From Leptolyngbyaceae cyanobacterium clean351 (GTDB taxonomy: Bacteria > Cyanobacteriota > Cyanobacteriia > DAIDHW01), in assembly GCA_027451865.1 (NCBI GenBank), contig DAIDHW010000001.1:1063329-1127328 (forward strand): a DNA stretch of 64,000 nt, given 5' to 3'. This document shows positions 48,796 through 59,955 of this stretch, piece by piece. Positions within the stretch are counted from its first letter, which is position 1; every line of letters begins with the position of its first letter. The notes beneath the pieces are model-generated. The model was not told the DNA's origin. It saw nothing but the letters and a program-made list of their open reading frames with translations, and did no database searches. A program made the translations under genes and the position numbers.

Positions 48796-50736
48796 ATGGA
48801 CGAGAGACAGGCAGATGAACCAAGTCAGTGGTTAGCCGCCCGGGTTGAGAGGCTAGAGCAGCAGGTAGCTAGTTTGCAAGCACCGATTGAGCAGCTGTTG
48901 ATCAGTCGATCCAGGTTAAGAGCCAAACCGGTCGAGAATTCGGCGGACCAGTCCTTAGAAGCGCGGGTCCAACGGCTTGAGCAGGAGGTAGCAGACCTGC
49001 AGGAATTGACTGGGCAGCTCCCTGCCCCTGAGGCTGGGTATCAACCCAAGTCTTCCGAAACGGGGGTCAACTCCCCGGCCCCAGGCAGTCTGGGTCCTGA
49101 CTTTAAGTCCCTGCAGGTTTGGGAGAATTTGCTCAACCGCGCCGGCATCGCCCTGGTCCTCTTAGGAGCAGGGTTTTTCTTTAAGTACTCCATTGACCAC
49201 CACTGGTTAAGTCCCCAGTTGCGGGTCGGGGGGGGAATCGGGCTGGCTCTGGTCATGCTAGGCATGGGCATGCGTCTGCAGAAACCCCGCCTAGGTCTAA
49301 GTCAGATCCTCCTGGGGGGGAGCCTGGGGGTCTTTTACCTGAGTGGGTTTTTTGCTGCCCAAGTGTTCCGGATCTGGTCCCCCGAGTTGGCTCTGGGGTT
49401 TATGGTCGCGGTAACTCTGGCCGCCTTCTACCTCTCCCTGAGGCAGAAGGAAGCTGTATTGGCGGTAGTGGCAACCATAGGGGGCCTAGGCGCCCCCTTT
49501 ATGGCTATCCCCCAGGTGTGGACTTACCCTCACGTGGATTTTTCAGGGTTGAGTCTCTACGCCGGCATCCTCCTGCTGGGGAGTAGTGGAGTCTACTGGT
49601 ACCAGGGCTGGTTATCCCTGTTGTTGACGAATGCCCTAGGGGGTTGGGTGATCATCGGCATTACCGTCAACCTTGCCTCGAGCGTGGGCCCGGGGGCGGC
49701 CTGGGTAACTCAGATGCTGGTACTAGAAATGTGGCTCCTAGGGGGGGTGCTGCCCCTCCTGCGCCGGGGTAAAATCGCCAATCCTATTGCCGCCGGAGTG
49801 CCGGACCTGGCCGCCGTTTTCAGTCCCAGTCTGGGCCTACTGATGTCCCAACAGCTTTGGCCCCTCCCAGACCCGGCCTGGGGGGGCTGGATGGCCGTCA
49901 CGGCCGTCGCCTACGGGGTGGGTAGCCTTGGCCTGAAGTCCCGGGCTCCCACCCTGGCCCTGGTAGCCGGGCTCCAAGCTGCCACTGCCTTGAGTTTGAG
50001 TCTCTTGCCGGAGCAGTGGCCCCTGTTGACGGGGGCTGGACAAGCCTTGGTCCTCCACGGGCGGGCGCGTCAAGGGGGGTCTCCCCTGGTACGGTGGACC
50101 GCTCACCTGTGGTCAGGGCTGGTAGCCCTAGTCATGATCGTGATTTGGATGTTCTATTACTTTCCGGGAGAGCCGAGGAATAATCAGACAAGCCTGAGTG
50201 AACTGTTAGTGATGGCTGCTGCTTGTTGGTTAGGGTTTAGGTTCCTGAGACAGTCTAGGGGCTTTTACTTGGGGTTTGCCTACTTTTTTAGCTTGATGTG
50301 GGTGTTGCTACAGTCCCTTACCTGGGGTCCGTTAATCTGGTCCCTGGAGGGCCTGGGCTTTTTGGTTCTGGGAGTGGAGCGGCGCTACCGCTGGTGTCTG
50401 GGAGTGGGCTACTTTACCCTGGGGTTATCTCTGCTGATTGGAGGGATTTGGGTCACCCTGGTGGAGTCCCTAGGCGGGCTGGGGTTGCTGGGTTTAGGGC
50501 TGGGCCGACGTCACCGCTGGTACCTAGGAGCAGGCTCATTTACCCTGGGAGCAGCCCTCCTGAAACTATTCATAGTCGATCTGGAAAACCTGGAGGCCAT
50601 CTGGCGGGTGTCACTGATGATGGGCTTGGGTCTGGGATTGTTGGGATTAAGCTACTTTTACCGGGGTTTTTGGCGCCGTCTCACTGACTCCGAGGAGCAT
50701 CAAGCCCCGGACCAAGACGATGCACCATCCCGCTAA
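48796..50736 (+). CDS. DUF2339-like multi-pass membrane protein
   Basis: N-terminal coiled coil, NRAGIALVLLGAGFFFKYSI, RVGGG, C-terminal KLFIVDL...WRVSLM. Confidence 0.82.
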   Translation: MDERQADEPSQWLAARVERLEQQVASLQAPIEQLLISRSRLRAKPVENSADQSLEARVQRLEQEVADLQELTGQLPAPEAGYQPKSSETGVNSPAPGSLGPDFKSLQVWENLLNRAGIALVLLGAGFFFKYSIDHHWLSPQLRVGGGIGLALVMLGMGMRLQKPRLGLSQILLGGSLGVFYLSGFFAAQVFRIWSPELALGFMVAVTLAAFYLSLRQKEAVLAVVATIGGLGAPFMAIPQVWTYPHVDFSGLSLYAGILLLGSSGVYWYQGWLSLLLTNALGGWVIIGITVNLASSVGPGAAWVTQMLVLEMWLLGGVLPLLRRGKIANPIAAGVPDLAAVFSPSLGLLMSQQLWPLPDPAWGGWMAVTAVAYGVGSLGLKSRAPTLALVAGLQAATALSLSLLPEQWPLLTGAGQALVLHGRARQGGSPLVRWTAHLWSGLVALVMIVIWMFYYFPGEPRNNQTSLSELLVMAAACWLGFRFLRQSRGFYLGFAYFFSLMWVLLQSLTWGPLIWSLEGLGFLVLGVERRYRWCLGVGYFTLGLSLLIGGIWVTLVESLGGLGLLGLGLGRRHRWYLGAGSFTLGAALLKLFIVDLENLEAIWRVSLMMGLGLGLLGLSYFYRGFWRRLTDSEEHQAPDQDDAPSR

Positions 50737-50937
50737 CCCCCGCTGCCGGCGTGGGGTTGGTAAACTGAGGGGGATAAAAGCAACCCCCTAGTCAAGCTGA
50801 AGTAAGGCCAGATGTTAGCATAATCGAGGACTAACTCGCAGTCGTTTTTCCAGATCTGAGTTCTGCCTCCTACTCCGCGGCCCTCATCTAAGGTCCGGTC
50901 CCAGAGAGCACAAACTATACCTTTACCCTCCTACCCG

Positions 50938-53103
50938 GTGACCACCATAGTCAGCTACTGTATCGTACACTCTATCCCTGGACGTCTGCGGTTACGAGTT
51001 CCCCAGCTTGGTCTAGATGCGGACTATCCCGACCGCCTCCGGGGGGTCTTGGCCCAAACATCCTGTATTCGGGAGGCACGGATAAATCCCCCGGCCTGCT
51101 CCTTGGTGGTAGTGGCCGAAGCCCCCTTGAACATCCTCGAAAGCCAGGTGGCTCGGTTGCTCGTCCAGGCCCTGAGCGCCCCGCCCATCCCCCCTGAACC
51201 CTCAACCCTAGAGGAAGTCCAAGCGCACCTCACCTGGCCGCTCTTGAGCCTCGGGGCAGCGGTGTGCGCCTCCCTGCTAGGAGTTCCCCCCGCCTGGCTG
51301 ACGGGTGGTTTGGTACTGGTGGCAGCCATACCGGTATTTGAATCCACGGTGCACGCCCTCACCCACGAGCGCAAGCTGAACCTAGATGTGTTGGATGCCC
51401 TGTGGACGATCATCCACACCTGGGAAGGGCACTTTACTAGCCCGGCCCTGGCCCTGAGCTTGGGAGAAGTGGGGGTGCTCCTGCGCGATTCAACTGCTCG
51501 CGGCACAGAAAGGCAGGAGCTAAGTCTGCTGGAGGGTTGCTACACCCACGTGGAGCGCTCCGGTGTGGAAGTGCGTATCTCCTTCCGGGATGTACAAGTG
51601 GGGGAGAAAGTAGTGGTTTATGCCGGCGATATGATCCCGGTGGATGGGCGCGTCCTGGAGGGGAATGCCCTAGTCGACCAGCGTAAGTTAACTGGGGAAT
51701 CCAAACTAGTGCACTGTGTGGCCGGTCAGGAACTCTACGCGGCCACCCTGGTAATTAAGGGTCGGTTAAGTCTGGTGGCTGAGCGCACTGGTCAAGACAC
51801 CCATGCGGGCATGGTAGTAGACCTGATGAAAAAGGCTCCGGCCTACGATACTCGCCTGGCAGACCACGCCGAGACGGTGGCAGACTTAACCATCACCCCC
51901 ACCCTCGTGCTCAGTGGCCTAGTCCTCGCTTTCACCGGTAATGTCCATCAGGCTTTATCCCTACTGCAGCTAGACTTTGGTACCGGGATCCGGATCGCCG
52001 CCGCCACCACAATCCTCTCGGCGATGAAGAGCGCTGCAGAAGCGGGAGTGCACATCCGCAGTGGGCGGGCCTTGGAAATGCTGGCCCGGGTCAACACCAT
52101 TCTCTTTGACAAAACCGGTACTTTGACAGAGGCGGAAGCCAAGGTGGTGGATATCTACCCAGTCCTAGAATCCCTGACCCCCTTTGAACTACTCACCCTA
52201 GCGGCCGCCGCCGAGCGGGGAATGACTCACCCTTCCGCGGTGGCGATCGTGAACTATGCCGAAGACTTTGGTCTAGACATTGGCTTGGAGTGGGATTCCT
52301 GGGATTACGAGGTAGGGGGGGGGATTTTCGCTTTTTTGAAGGGCGATGAAGTGCTCCTAGGCGGGGGCCGATTTCTCCAGAGCCGTGGGGTAGACTTAGA
52401 GCCCTTGCACCAACACTATCCAGACCTGAGGTTGAGTGGTCACACCCTGGTATACATCGCCCTGGCCGGGCAGTTGGCCGGGGCAATTGCCATCACCAAC
52501 ACCATGAGACCCGAGAGTAGCACTCTGATCGCCACCCTGCGTAACCAGGGCATAGAGCCTCACCTACTCACCGGTGACCATGCCCAAGCCGCCCAGGCGG
52601 TGGCCATGCGGGTAGGTATTCTACCCCAGCACACCCACGCGGATGCCTTCCCGGAGAAGAAAGTAGCGGTGATCCGCTCCCTCCACGACCAAGGAAGGAC
52701 CGTAGCCTACGTGGGCGATGGAATCAATGACGTGGCCGCCCTGGCCTACGCGGATGTGTCGATCGCTATGGGAGAGGGCAGCGAGGTGGCCCAGCAGACT
52801 GCCGATATTGTTCTGATCCACAATGACCTGCGGGGGCTGGCCCAAGCCATGATCATTGCCCGTCAGGCCGTCCAGGTGATCGAACAAAATATTGGCTTGG
52901 TGGCGGTGCCTAACATTGGCATTGTAATGGCGGGGGTGTTTTTGGCCCTAGACCCAGTCTTGGCAGTGGCTATCAACAGTGGGGCGATGCTCTTGGCCGA
53001 GTTGAATGGCCTGCGGCCCCTAGGTTCAACGCAGGAATTGCAAGCCCAGATAACTCAGGAACTACCGGTGAGTGCTGGCAACACCACCCTGGCTTTCCTC
53101 TAG
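50938..53103 (+). CDS. P1B-type heavy-metal ATPase with HMA2-like N-terminus
   Basis: [38 protein letters not shown]. Confidence 0.92.
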   Translation: MTTIVSYCIVHSIPGRLRLRVPQLGLDADYPDRLRGVLAQTSCIREARINPPACSLVVVAEAPLNILESQVARLLVQALSAPPIPPEPSTLEEVQAHLTWPLLSLGAAVCASLLGVPPAWLTGGLVLVAAIPVFESTVHALTHERKLNLDVLDALWTIIHTWEGHFTSPALALSLGEVGVLLRDSTARGTERQELSLLEGCYTHVERSGVEVRISFRDVQVGEKVVVYAGDMIPVDGRVLEGNALVDQRKLTGESKLVHCVAGQELYAATLVIKGRLSLVAERTGQDTHAGMVVDLMKKAPAYDTRLADHAETVADLTITPTLVLSGLVLAFTGNVHQALSLLQLDFGTGIRIAAATTILSAMKSAAEAGVHIRSGRALEMLARVNTILFDKTGTLTEAEAKVVDIYPVLESLTPFELLTLAAAAERGMTHPSAVAIVNYAEDFGLDIGLEWDSWDYEVGGGIFAFLKGDEVLLGGGRFLQSRGVDLEPLHQHYPDLRLSGHTLVYIALAGQLAGAIAITNTMRPESSTLIATLRNQGIEPHLLTGDHAQAAQAVAMRVGILPQHTHADAFPEKKVAVIRSLHDQGRTVAYVGDGINDVAALAYADVSIAMGEGSEVAQQTADIVLIHNDLRGLAQAMIIARQAVQVIEQNIGLVAVPNIGIVMAGVFLALDPVLAVAINSGAMLLAELNGLRPLGSTQELQAQITQELPVSAGNTTLAFL

Positions 53104-53119
53104 GGCTTTAGCTTCTACC

Positions 53120-54166
53120 ATGACCACTATCTTAGCCCTGGAGACCAGTTGCGATGAGACCGCAGTAGCGGTAGTTAGGGACCGGCAGGTTCTCAGTAAC
53201 GCGGTCACTTCCCAAGTCGAGCTACACCAACCCTACGGGGGAGTAGTGCCGGAGGTGGCTTGTCGGCAGCACCTAGAAACCCTCAACTTGGTGTTAGAGG
53301 AAGCCCTGAGCCAGGCACGGGTCTTCTCCTGGGAGAGTATTGATGGAATTGCAGCTACCTGCGCCCCAGGACTGATCGGGTCCCTCCTGATGGGTTTGAG
53401 TGCCGCCAAGACCTTGGCCCTGGTGCACCAAAAGCCTTTTTTGGGTGTCCATCACCTGGAGGGGCACATCTACGCCTCCTACCTTGCTGAGGCACAACTG
53501 CAGCCCCCTTTCTTGTGTCTGCTCGTCTCCGGCGGACACACTAGCCTGATTCAAGTCCGGGGTTGTGGGGACTATGGGATCTTGGGGGAAACCCGTGATG
53601 ACGCTGCCGGGGAAGCCTTCGATAAGGTGGCCCGCCTGCTAGGGCTAGAATATCCCGGAGGCCCAGTTATCGATCAACTAGCGGACCAGGGTGACCCGGG
53701 GAGATTTAACCTGCCTGAGGGTCAAGTTTCCCTACCAGAAGGGGGCTATCATCCCTACGACACCAGTTTCAGTGGCTTAAAAACGGCTGTTCTGCGCCTA
53801 GTGCGTAAGTTAGAAGCAACCACCGCTGCCCCCCTGCCGGTCAATGATCTGGCAGCCAGTTTCCAGAATGCGGTAGCTCGGTCCCTGACCCGTCGAGCCC
53901 TGCGAGCAGCCCAGGACTACAACCTGGAGACCCTGGTGGTGGTCGGGGGAGTCGCGGCAAACCGAGGCCTACGAAAACACCTGGGGTCTGCCGCCACCAC
54001 TCAGGGGGTGCGGGTGCTCTTCCCTCACCCTAGCCTATGCACCGACAACGCCGCCATGATCGCCTGTGCTGCTAGTGACCACTTTGATCATGGTCACCGG
54101 TCTTCTTTATCGCTAACAGCCCAGTCTCGCCTGTCCCTAACCCGGGTGATGTCCCTTTACGAGTAA
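53120..54166 (+). CDS. tsaD: tRNA N6-adenosine threonylcarbamoyltransferase TsaD
   Basis: [49 protein letters not shown] at 53120. Confidence 0.96.
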   Translation: MTTILALETSCDETAVAVVRDRQVLSNAVTSQVELHQPYGGVVPEVACRQHLETLNLVLEEALSQARVFSWESIDGIAATCAPGLIGSLLMGLSAAKTLALVHQKPFLGVHHLEGHIYASYLAEAQLQPPFLCLLVSGGHTSLIQVRGCGDYGILGETRDDAAGEAFDKVARLLGLEYPGGPVIDQLADQGDPGRFNLPEGQVSLPEGGYHPYDTSFSGLKTAVLRLVRKLEATTAAPLPVNDLAASFQNAVARSLTRRALRAAQDYNLETLVVVGGVAANRGLRKHLGSAATTQGVRVLFPHPSLCTDNAAMIACAASDHFDHGHRSSLSLTAQSRLSLTRVMSLYE

Positions 54167-54403
54167 AGCTAGCAGACGGGGAAATCCGAGTTATAAACAC
54201 ATCAAATCTGGCTGAGCGGCTCAAATTCTTTAAATTCGTTAATATAGTTGCAGGTTAGTACCCAATTGTGCTCAAAACAACATCTTTGTTGCCAGCAAGT
54301 GAGTCTAATCTTGTGAGGGGCTCCTGAGATTCTCCCTGGAATTCAAGCTTGTTCTGTTGGAGTCACCTGGGAGCCCATTAACTTTCTTGGGAGTTATTCA
54401 CCA

Positions 54404-54769
54404 TTGAGAACATCCAAATCACCAAAGCCCTCGACCCAGAAGAATACTTGGTCGTGGGTCCGCCCAGAGGAGATGTTGCCCTACTCAGTGCCGCCTGCCG
54501 CTCCTAAAGGCTTCCAGCCCCTGCGTCCCTTGCGCAACTGGCTAGATGGGATCCAAATTCAAGACCCCCAGTTAGCCCGGCGGCTGTGTAAGCTGATTCC
54601 CTCTACCTGTCCCTTCGAACGGGATGTGACCCTGTTTGGTCGGACCATCTTCCATATCCCCGCTCTTTGCAAGCTCAACCCCCTCTACGAGCAACTAGTC
54701 GCCCTCCGCTACCGAGCCCTATGCTACCTCTCTGACACCTGTCACGAGGATATCTCCTCCTATTGCTAG
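54404..54769 (+). CDS. Stand-alone Mo-dependent-nitrogenase C-terminal-like domain protein
   Basis: CKLIPSTCPFERD...HIPALCKLNPLYEQLVALRYRALCYL. Start uncertain (TTG 54404 or ATG 54473 region). Confidence 0.8.
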   Translation: MRTSKSPKPSTQKNTWSWVRPEEMLPYSVPPAAPKGFQPLRPLRNWLDGIQIQDPQLARRLCKLIPSTCPFERDVTLFGRTIFHIPALCKLNPLYEQLVALRYRALCYLSDTCHEDISSYC

Positions 54770-54812
54770 GCAGACCTCCCTGCTATGCTAGGGGTAGAGC
54801 TTACCCCCTACA

Positions 54813-55058
54813 ATGCCTAATCCCTCAGAGTTCGCCGTCCATCTGATGCTAGAGGGTGGTCATCGCGAAGAGGTCCGATTTTCCACCATCCAAGAGTTTC
54901 AGAAGTGGTATAGCGGCGAAATGGTCCCAAAATCTGACTCTCGAGACTTTGTCAGTGTCCCCCTGAAAACCATTCAGGGGGAGTACATGGTTGTCCGTCC
55001 CTCAGCTGTTCTCGCCATCCGGGTAGAGCCGATATTTAGCTCCAGCGTGGAACGTTGA
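54813..55058 (+). CDS. Conserved small cyanobacterial hypothetical protein
   Basis: EGGHREEVRFSTIQEFQKWY...GEYMVVRPS. 4-bp overlap with mltA. Confidence 0.75.
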   Translation: MPNPSEFAVHLMLEGGHREEVRFSTIQEFQKWYSGEMVPKSDSRDFVSVPLKTIQGEYMVVRPSAVLAIRVEPIFSSSVER

Positions 55059-56176
55059 CCTTGGCTGGGAAACCCCTCCTAGCTCTTCTAGCCTTAATCT
55101 GGTGGGGTTATCCCCTCCAGTCCGTTCCCCTTTCCCAAGTAGATAGCCCCGCCTGTCCTACTGCCTGTGTAGCCCTAGACTCGGCTCTAGCCAGACCAGC
55201 CGACCGCCAGGCACTCCTGCGGGCCGTTGATGAGAGCCTGATTTACCTGCAGACCCCCGGGGCGCAGCTTGCCTACCAGCACTACCCGGTGCCTGGGATC
55301 ACCTGGTTGCGAGTCCGGCAAAGCCTGGAGCGGTTTCGATCCCTGCTGGAGACTAGCCCTTCGCCAGCGGCCCTACAGCAGGCTGTCAAAAGTCAGTTTC
55401 AGTTTTACAGTGCTCTCGGTCAAGACCACCAGGGCACTGTTGCCTTCACTGGTTATTTTGAGCCGATTTATTCCGCTAGTCTGCGTCCCACCCCCATTTA
55501 TCGCTATCCCCTCTACCGGATCCCTCCCCATTTCTCCCAGTGGCCCCACCCCAACCCGACCCGGGTGCAGCTAGAGGGAGAGGATGGTCTAGGCGGCGAC
55601 CGGGGCCCCCTGCGCGGCCTAGAACTGGTGTGGCTCAAGAGTCGGTTGCAGGCTTTTCTAATTCAGGTCCAAGGTTCAGCCCAGCTACAATTGACTAATG
55701 GGCAGACGATTACCGTCGGCTTCGCTGGGCGCACCGACCAACCCTACACTAGTCCTGGCCACGAGCTAGTCCAGGCAGGCATTATCCCAGCTGCAGAATT
55801 AACCTTGCCACGAGTGCTAGCCTACTTTAAGCAACACCCTGACCAGGTCAATCACTACCTGTCTGGGGACCGGAATTTTGTATTTATGCAGGTGGTCCCC
55901 AATCAACCGCCCAACGGTAGCCTAGGCGTCCCCCTGACTGCCGGCCGCTCCATCGCTACGGATAAGACCCTCATGCCTCCAGGGGCCTTGGCACTGATCC
56001 AGGCTCCCCTACCGCCAGACCCCTTGGTAAACCGCTTTGTCCTAGACCAGGATAGTGGTAAGGCAATTCGAGGCCCTGGCCGGGTGGACATTTTCCTCGG
56101 CCGGGGACCCCAAGCCGAGGCCCAGGCGGGTCTGATCAATGGTCCTGGTCATCTTTACTACCTGCTGTTGCGCTAG
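55055..56176 (+). CDS. mltA: Membrane-bound lytic murein transglycosylase A
   Basis: FTGYFEP, FLIQVQGS, RSIATD, DQDSGKAIRG..RVDIFLG (3D domain). Confidence 0.9.
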   Translation: MTLAGKPLLALLALIWWGYPLQSVPLSQVDSPACPTACVALDSALARPADRQALLRAVDESLIYLQTPGAQLAYQHYPVPGITWLRVRQSLERFRSLLETSPSPAALQQAVKSQFQFYSALGQDHQGTVAFTGYFEPIYSASLRPTPIYRYPLYRIPPHFSQWPHPNPTRVQLEGEDGLGGDRGPLRGLELVWLKSRLQAFLIQVQGSAQLQLTNGQTITVGFAGRTDQPYTSPGHELVQAGIIPAAELTLPRVLAYFKQHPDQVNHYLSGDRNFVFMQVVPNQPPNGSLGVPLTAGRSIATDKTLMPPGALALIQAPLPPDPLVNRFVLDQDSGKAIRGPGRVDIFLGRGPQAEAQAGLINGPGHLYYLLLR

Positions 56177-56879
56177 CAGCCTCCCTGATGGCCCACTCGG
56201 TTTGGGTTAGGACCCCGCGGATCAAGGCTACCTCTGCTGAACTTAAGGCTGCCCTGAGGTAGATCTGCCGCAACTTGGCCATGCGGCTGGCGGCCGTGTG
56301 AGGGTGAAGATAGCCAATCTGCCCCAGGAGTTGTTCTAGGTGGTGGAAGTACCCCTCTAGTTCCTCCTGACAGGCTAGCTGGCGGACAGGGACTGCAGGG
56401 GCAGGGGGAGAGTCCTCTCGATACAACTCGTAGGCACAAATAGCCACCGCTTGGGCCAGGTTTAAAGAGGAGTAATCCGGATGGCTCGGGATACAAACTA
56501 GACGCTGGGCATAGCTGAGCTCCTGGTTGCTTAACCCACGGTCCTCGGGACCAAACAACAGGGCTGAGGCTTCACCCTTCAACCAAGACAGGGCCACCTC
56601 CGGTCGCTCTAGGGGCATAGTTAGGGTGCGGGGGCGGTTAGTTGTGGCGATGATCCGGCGGATACCCTGGAGGGCACTAGGCAGATCGCCATAGACCTGG
56701 GCGTTATCCAGGAGGGCTTGGCCGTGGACAGCCATCTGGCGGGCCTCAGGCGCCTGGGGGTCACACTGGGGCTTCACCAAAACCAGCTGGTCTAGTCCCA
56801 TATTCTTCATTACCCGGGCAACTGCTCCCACATTCAGAGCGCCGGCCGGCTCCACCAGAACAACGCGAGGATAAATCAT
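56136..56879 (-). CDS. trmJ: tRNA/rRNA 2'-O-methyltransferase, TrmJ/LasT family
   Basis: NVGAVARVMKNMGL, LFGPEDRGLSN, SLNLAQAVAI. Confidence 0.88.
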   Translation of the reverse strand: MIYPRVVLVEPAGALNVGAVARVMKNMGLDQLVLVKPQCDPQAPEARQMAVHGQALLDNAQVYGDLPSALQGIRRIIATTNRPRTLTMPLERPEVALSWLKGEASALLFGPEDRGLSNQELSYAQRLVCIPSHPDYSSLNLAQAVAICAYELYREDSPPAPAVPVRQLACQEELEGYFHHLEQLLGQIGYLHPHTAASRMAKLRQIYLRAALSSAEVALIRGVLTQTEWAIREAASATAGSKDDQDH

Positions 56880-56903
56880 AGCTGCGGCAAACTTCGCTCC
56901 GGT

Positions 56904-59252
56904 TCAGGGGGATGACGGGGATTGAGACACATGGTTTTTCAGCAACTCTAGCAGCCGTTGACGATCCACTGGTTTAGTCATATAGTCCACTGCCCCCAGA
57001 GCTTGGCTGAGGCTGTGGCTATCCATCATGGTCACCATGACCACAGGGATATTCATCAGGTCCACATCCCCTTTCAAGCGATTCAGCACTGACCAGCCAT
57101 CAACCCCAGGCATCATTACATCGAGGAGAATAAGGGCAGGCTGCAGCTGACGGGCTAACCGCAGCCCCTCTTCACCATCTTTGGCGATAACCACCGGGTA
57201 TCCCTCCTTCCCCAGCATCCGCTGCATCAGGTCCCCATTATTAGAGTCGTCATCGATCACCAACACTAGGGGTCCCCGCATGGTTGCCTGGGGAGGCTCT
57301 GGCGGACTGGGCTCGGGGACCTGAACCTCCTCAGGGCGCGCTGGTAGCCGAATACTAAAGACCGACCCCTTCCCCATGGTGCTAGTCACCGTAACATCGC
57401 CGCCCATCATTTGACAGAATTTGCGAGTAATCACCAGTCCCAAACCCGTGCCGCCATACTTACGAGTGGTGGAGGCGTCAGCTTGGGTAAAGGCTTGGAA
57501 GAGCTTACCCATCTGCTCAGGGGTCATGCCGATGCCCGTATCCTCTACCTCTAGACGCACCCATTCCCCCCCCTCATCTGTGAACCGCTCTGCCCGCAGA
57601 TAAATCTGACCGTGGTCGGTAAACTTACAGGCATTACTGAGCAAGTTCAAGAGGCTTTGGCGAATTTTGGTCAAGTCTGAGCACATGGAGCCAATCTCGG
57701 GGTCACAGCTCACCACTAAGCTATTACCATTTTTGGCCAGCAGGGGCTGAATAGTACTTACTACCCCTTCAATTAGACTGGCAATACTAAAAGTTTCTAG
57801 ATAAAGCTCCATCCGGCCGGCCTCAATCTTTGACAAGTCTAAGATGTCGTTGATCAAACCGAGCAAATGCTTCCCGGCCCCAAGGACCTTTTCTAGATCC
57901 GGAATGAAGTCGGCGGGTTCTAGTTCATCGGCCTCCTCAATGAGCATTTCGCTGTAGCCGATGATGGCGTTCATGGGGGTGCGCAACTCGTGGCTCATGT
58001 TGGCGAGGAAGGCGCTCTTGGCCCGATTGGCTGCCTCCGCGGCGATTCTTGCCTGTTGGGCCTCAGCAGTTGCATGGGCTAACTGGGCGGTGCGCTCCTC
58101 TACCCGGGACTCTAGTTCACTGTTGGTTTGCTCTAAGGCCGTGAACATCTGCTGTAGTTCGCTGCCCATGGTGTTGAAGGCCTGGGCCAAAACCCCGAGT
58201 TCATCTCGGCGGTCTAGCTGCACCCGGTGCCCCCAATCACCATCAGCAAGCACAGAAGCAGCCTCCGTCAGCGCCGTAATCGGTCTCACTAGACGGTCAG
58301 TGATAATCCAAGTCAGGATGCCCACAACTAACACAGCCACCACTGCCGTACCAGAGGAGAACTCCCAAAATACTTGCTCTTGCTTGAGAACTTCACTAGC
58401 CTGCTTCAGGACTACCACTCCCCAGCCATTATCTAGGGGAATAATGTAGGACCACCAAGCCACACCTTGCTTATCCACAAAGGGGTATAGCCCCAGCTGA
58501 TGGCTCATCACCGCCTTCACTGGGGGATAATGACTAAAGTCCTGCAATTTGGCAATGCTGCGGGTGCTCTGGTCAGCAATCAACTTACCCCGGGGGGAAA
58601 CCACAAAGGCGTAGCCGGTCCGGCCTATTTGCAGGGCTCCTACGCGCTCTGCTAGGTCCTTGAGGTCGGTACATTGGAGCATAACCCCCCGGACTTGGTG
58701 GTTCGGCCCGATAATGGGTACCGACATACAAAGACTGGGGCGGTCGATGGTGCGACTGATGAGGATCTCCCGGGTCAGGGGGCGGCCCTGCTTAGCGTCC
58801 TTGAACCAGTTGCGGTCACCGTAGTAGATCGGGGGGAGGTTATCGTTGCGGGCTAGACTTTCGCCATTCAGGCCAACCGTAGCCACCAGGTAAACGTGCG
58901 TATAGGTGCTCGCTAAGACCTTCAAGACCGGCCGCTGGCGAGCTGGGTTCATGCTGACAATCGCCGGCAGATGGCTTGCAGCCTCTAGGGAGAGGTAGTT
59001 TTGTTGGTCCCAGCGGGTGATGTGGTCGGCAAGACTCTGGGCGGTCTGCTCGAGCCCCCGGCGGGCGTAGCGGTGTAGCAGACCGCTAATAAAAAAGCTC
59101 GGAAACAACTCCCCCGCTAAGACCGGCGGGATGAGGAAAGCAATGATGACTAGGGTAAAGCGCAGGCGCAAACTAGTGCGCTTGGCTGGCTTAGCAGTCT
59201 CGGCGGAGGTTTCAAGCACAGTCGATTCGGATGGTATAGGGGAAGACGACAT
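56904..59252 (-). CDS. Hybrid sensor histidine kinase (TM-dCache-TM-HAMP-HisKA-HATPase-REC)
   Basis: [11 protein letters not shown] (HAMP), [46 protein letters not shown]. Confidence 0.94.
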   Translation of the reverse strand: MSSSPIPSESTVLETSAETAKPAKRTSLRLRFTLVIIAFLIPPVLAGELFPSFFISGLLHRYARRGLEQTAQSLADHITRWDQQNYLSLEAASHLPAIVSMNPARQRPVLKVLASTYTHVYLVATVGLNGESLARNDNLPPIYYGDRNWFKDAKQGRPLTREILISRTIDRPSLCMSVPIIGPNHQVRGVMLQCTDLKDLAERVGALQIGRTGYAFVVSPRGKLIADQSTRSIAKLQDFSHYPPVKAVMSHQLGLYPFVDKQGVAWWSYIIPLDNGWGVVVLKQASEVLKQEQVFWEFSSGTAVVAVLVVGILTWIITDRLVRPITALTEAASVLADGDWGHRVQLDRRDELGVLAQAFNTMGSELQQMFTALEQTNSELESRVEERTAQLAHATAEAQQARIAAEAANRAKSAFLANMSHELRTPMNAIIGYSEMLIEEADELEPADFIPDLEKVLGAGKHLLGLINDILDLSKIEAGRMELYLETFSIASLIEGVVSTIQPLLAKNGNSLVVSCDPEIGSMCSDLTKIRQSLLNLLSNACKFTDHGQIYLRAERFTDEGGEWVRLEVEDTGIGMTPEQMGKLFQAFTQADASTTRKYGGTGLGLVITRKFCQMMGGDVTVTSTMGKGSVFSIRLPARPEEVQVPEPSPPEPPQATMRGPLVLVIDDDSNNGDLMQRMLGKEGYPVVIAKDGEEGLRLARQLQPALILLDVMMPGVDGWSVLNRLKGDVDLMNIPVVMVTMMDSHSLSQALGAVDYMTKPVDRQRLLELLKNHVSQSPSSP

Positions 59253-59259
59253 GGCAACC

Positions 59260-59886
59260 TCAACTGCTAGGAGCCTCTACCATAGAGTATGACTTCGGGT
59301 CAAAGCCAGGGTCAAATTGGGTTTGGTGATCATAGACCGACCCCCAAAAGTTGACCCTGTAAAGGCTGGCCAGACGTAGATCGGCACCGCAGAGGTTCGC
59401 CTGACGCAGATTAGTCTGATGAAGCATTGCCCCCGTTAGTACCACCTGGCGCAGGTCAGCCTGGATCAGGTCGGCCTGAGTAAAATCGACCTGAGTAAGG
59501 ATGGCCTGGGTGAGGTTGGCATAGCTAAGGTTTACCTTTTGACAACTAGCCTGGCGCAGACGGGCCTGGAACAAGTAGGCTCCTTGACAGTTAGCCAGGA
59601 CTAGCCTGGCCAAGTCTAGGTTAGCTTGACCTAGGCTGGCACCGACCAGATTTGCAGCCTCCAGGTCTGCCCCCTGGAGGCTGACTTTAGCTAAATCGGC
59701 ACCCAGCAGACTAGCATGTCGGAGATTGGCCAAGCTGAGGTCTGCCCCATTAAAGTTTGAGCGCTGTAGATCAGCCCGGTCTAAGCTAGCCCCGAGGAGA
59801 CAGGCACCGGGAAGCTGAACCTGGTGGGCAAAATCCCTCTGGCCTTGCTCCACTAAACGGAGCAAATCCTGGACATCACTAATCAA
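59260..59886 (-). CDS. Pentapeptide repeat protein
   Basis: Continuous A(D/N/S)L repeats ending [16 protein letters not shown] start. Confidence 0.88.
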   Translation of the reverse strand: MISDVQDLLRLVEQGQRDFAHQVQLPGACLLGASLDRADLQRSNFNGADLSLANLRHASLLGADLAKVSLQGADLEAANLVGASLGQANLDLARLVLANCQGAYLFQARLRQASCQKVNLSYANLTQAILTQVDFTQADLIQADLRQVVLTGAMLHQTNLRQANLCGADLRLASLYRVNFWGSVYDHQTQFDPGFDPKSYSMVEAPSS

Positions 59887-59900
59887 GAGACAACCCTTCT

Positions 59901-59931
59901 AAACAAAAATCCCCTACCGCAGGGGCAGGGG
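59901..59931 (-). terminator. Rho-independent terminator of psaAB
   Basis: Minus strand cccctgcc-cctgc-ggtagggg followed by atttttgttt, about 25 bp after the psaB stop. Confidence 0.75.
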
Positions 59932-59955
59932 AAGAGTAACCAAGGATCAGGAGCC

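Noticed and set aside
54404-54769. Evidence of nitrogen fixation
   Set aside because: This small domain is widespread in non-diazotrophic cyanobacteria, and no nif genes are in the window.
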